DNA of 50,470 nt, the filler included, from Bipalium vagum (taxonomy: Eukaryota), in assembly GCA_037834085.1 (NCBI GenBank). It is 3 parts of 3 records of this genome, joined end to end, with 100 filler letters (N's around TTAATTAATTAA, not from the genome) between each part and the next. Parts side by side here need not be neighbours in the genome. Positions count along the whole stretch, not along the records: positions 33,806 to 50,470 come from JBBMKC010099807.1; 2 more parts are not named here. One strand, 5' to 3'. A program made the translations under genes and the position numbers. The notes under the pieces are model-generated. The model was given only the letters and a program-made list of their open reading frames with translations, was not told the origin of the DNA and ran no database searches. Every line of letters begins with the position of its first letter. The stretch's first letter is position 1. This document shows, one piece after another, positions 49,330 to 50,470 of the stretch.

Positions 49330-50300
49330 ATATCTTAGACATGATGAATAGTAAGGCAATACAAGACTTAATTTTAAAAGAAAATTATAGAGACGACGAT
49401 ACCATCTTGGTCATCTTAAAAGACTTATAAAACGATGCAACCATAGATGTGTCAAGAATAGCAAATCGGTGGAAAAAAATAAGAACACCTGAAAAGAAAT
49501 TTTGCAGAGTTAGAAAAAAACTTTTCAAAGAGTTTTGAAACTGATTGCAACAAAATCCAATGTTAACGTGTTGGCAAATAACTCGAGAGCTTCAAAAATC
49601 AAGAATGACAATTAACCGATTTTTGAGAAATTGTTTTGAATTATAGTCCTAAAAACTCAGATAAAATCGAAATATTAAATGCAGGGTAATTCCTTCTCGA
49701 ATCAAGCTGAGACGGAGAAGGTCGATTCCCTTTTTAGATGAGAAAATCTTTTCCGTTCTATATTGTTTCTATCAAGGACTCGTGGAATGAAGGAAGATTT
49801 TTGAGAAACATCAATTGAACTAACCTCGTGATTTTGATACGAGTTTGCACTGATGGGAAAACTTACTCTACTTTTATACATCAATGAACAAAACTGTACG
49901 TAAAATCCTACTTAGATTTGATTCTAAAGAAAGGAATGTGGTCATTACACTAGCGTACCTCAAAAGATGAAATTTTTTTCCAAGAGGATAATGCACCCTC
50001 TCATAGGACAAATGTCGTACAAGATTGGTATTCTAATTAATTTTTCTAATTTTCTCGCAGTCGACAATTATCCCCGATATAGGTCTGATTTGATTTCCCT
50101 ACATTTTAATGATTGAGGCATGTTACAGTCAAATTATCAAAAATTGGTGTAATATAAAATAATGTCAAATCTTGAAAAGCAATAATAATTATCTTTTTTT
50201 CTTAATTACAAGTTCGGAAGTATTACACAAACGGAATGGAACTTCTAAATTAATATCTTTTATCAAATCCCGTGATCTGTGTTCGACATTTAGACTAAAT
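49330..50300 (+). mobile_element. Decayed Tc1-like relic (boundaries approximate)
   Basis: FFQEDNAPSHR at ~49975-50007, followed by a degenerate PxxSPDL block. Confidence 0.55.
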
Positions 50301-50362
50301 GTATCAATAAAACAAAAATTATATATATCTTGACATTGTCAATTTGTCATAAAATTCATATA

Positions 50363-50470
50363 CAGTAGTGTTCGAATTAATTGGGACAAAGACATTATTA
50401 AGCAATTTGAATGTCTAACATCTTATTATACATATATTAGTAATTGTAATTAATCCGATAATATTTGTTG
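50363..50470 (+). mobile_element. Start of a Tc1-type element running off the window
   Basis: TA|CAGTAGTGTTCGAATTAATTGGGACA TIR-like end. Confidence 0.5.

Overview
This is a very AT-rich animal genomic scaffold. A TRPC exon, GT-AG introns as short as 43-49 nt and (TAA)n tracts suggest an invertebrate; the species cannot be determined from the sequence. Three contigs are joined by two artificial 100-nt N44-TTAATTAATTAA-N44 spacers. Contig 1 (1-16991) holds nine minus-strand exons (~3,540 codons) of a giant spectrin-repeat/coiled-coil protein resembling nesprin/ANC-1/spectraplakin. One exon is 7,919 bp and contains a ~385-aa internal super-repeat; the introns carry Tc1, mariner and pogo relics. 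Contig 2 (17092-33705) begins with the right-hand ~8.2 kb of a decayed endogenous Maverick/Polinton (adintovirus-like) DNA virus. Its genes are protein-primed PolB (YCDTDS), a giant-virus-type HNH endonuclease, major capsid, A32 packaging ATPase, minor capsid, a membrane protein with adjacent PTAP and YPxL motifs, and other ORFs. It ends in an AGTAGT terminus with a 20-bp-arm subterminal palindrome and is scattered with GC-rich triloop mini-hairpins. The rest of contig 2 holds the last four exons of a gene ending in an SH3-like domain; its introns carry a Ty3/gypsy relic, mariner and DD37D relics, and a tRNA-Ala-like sequence. Contig 3 (33806-50470) holds one TRPC channel exon among many Tc1, mariner, DD41D, pogo, Penelope and LTR relics. 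All calls were made by eye from motifs, splice sites and frame consistency; no database search was run.
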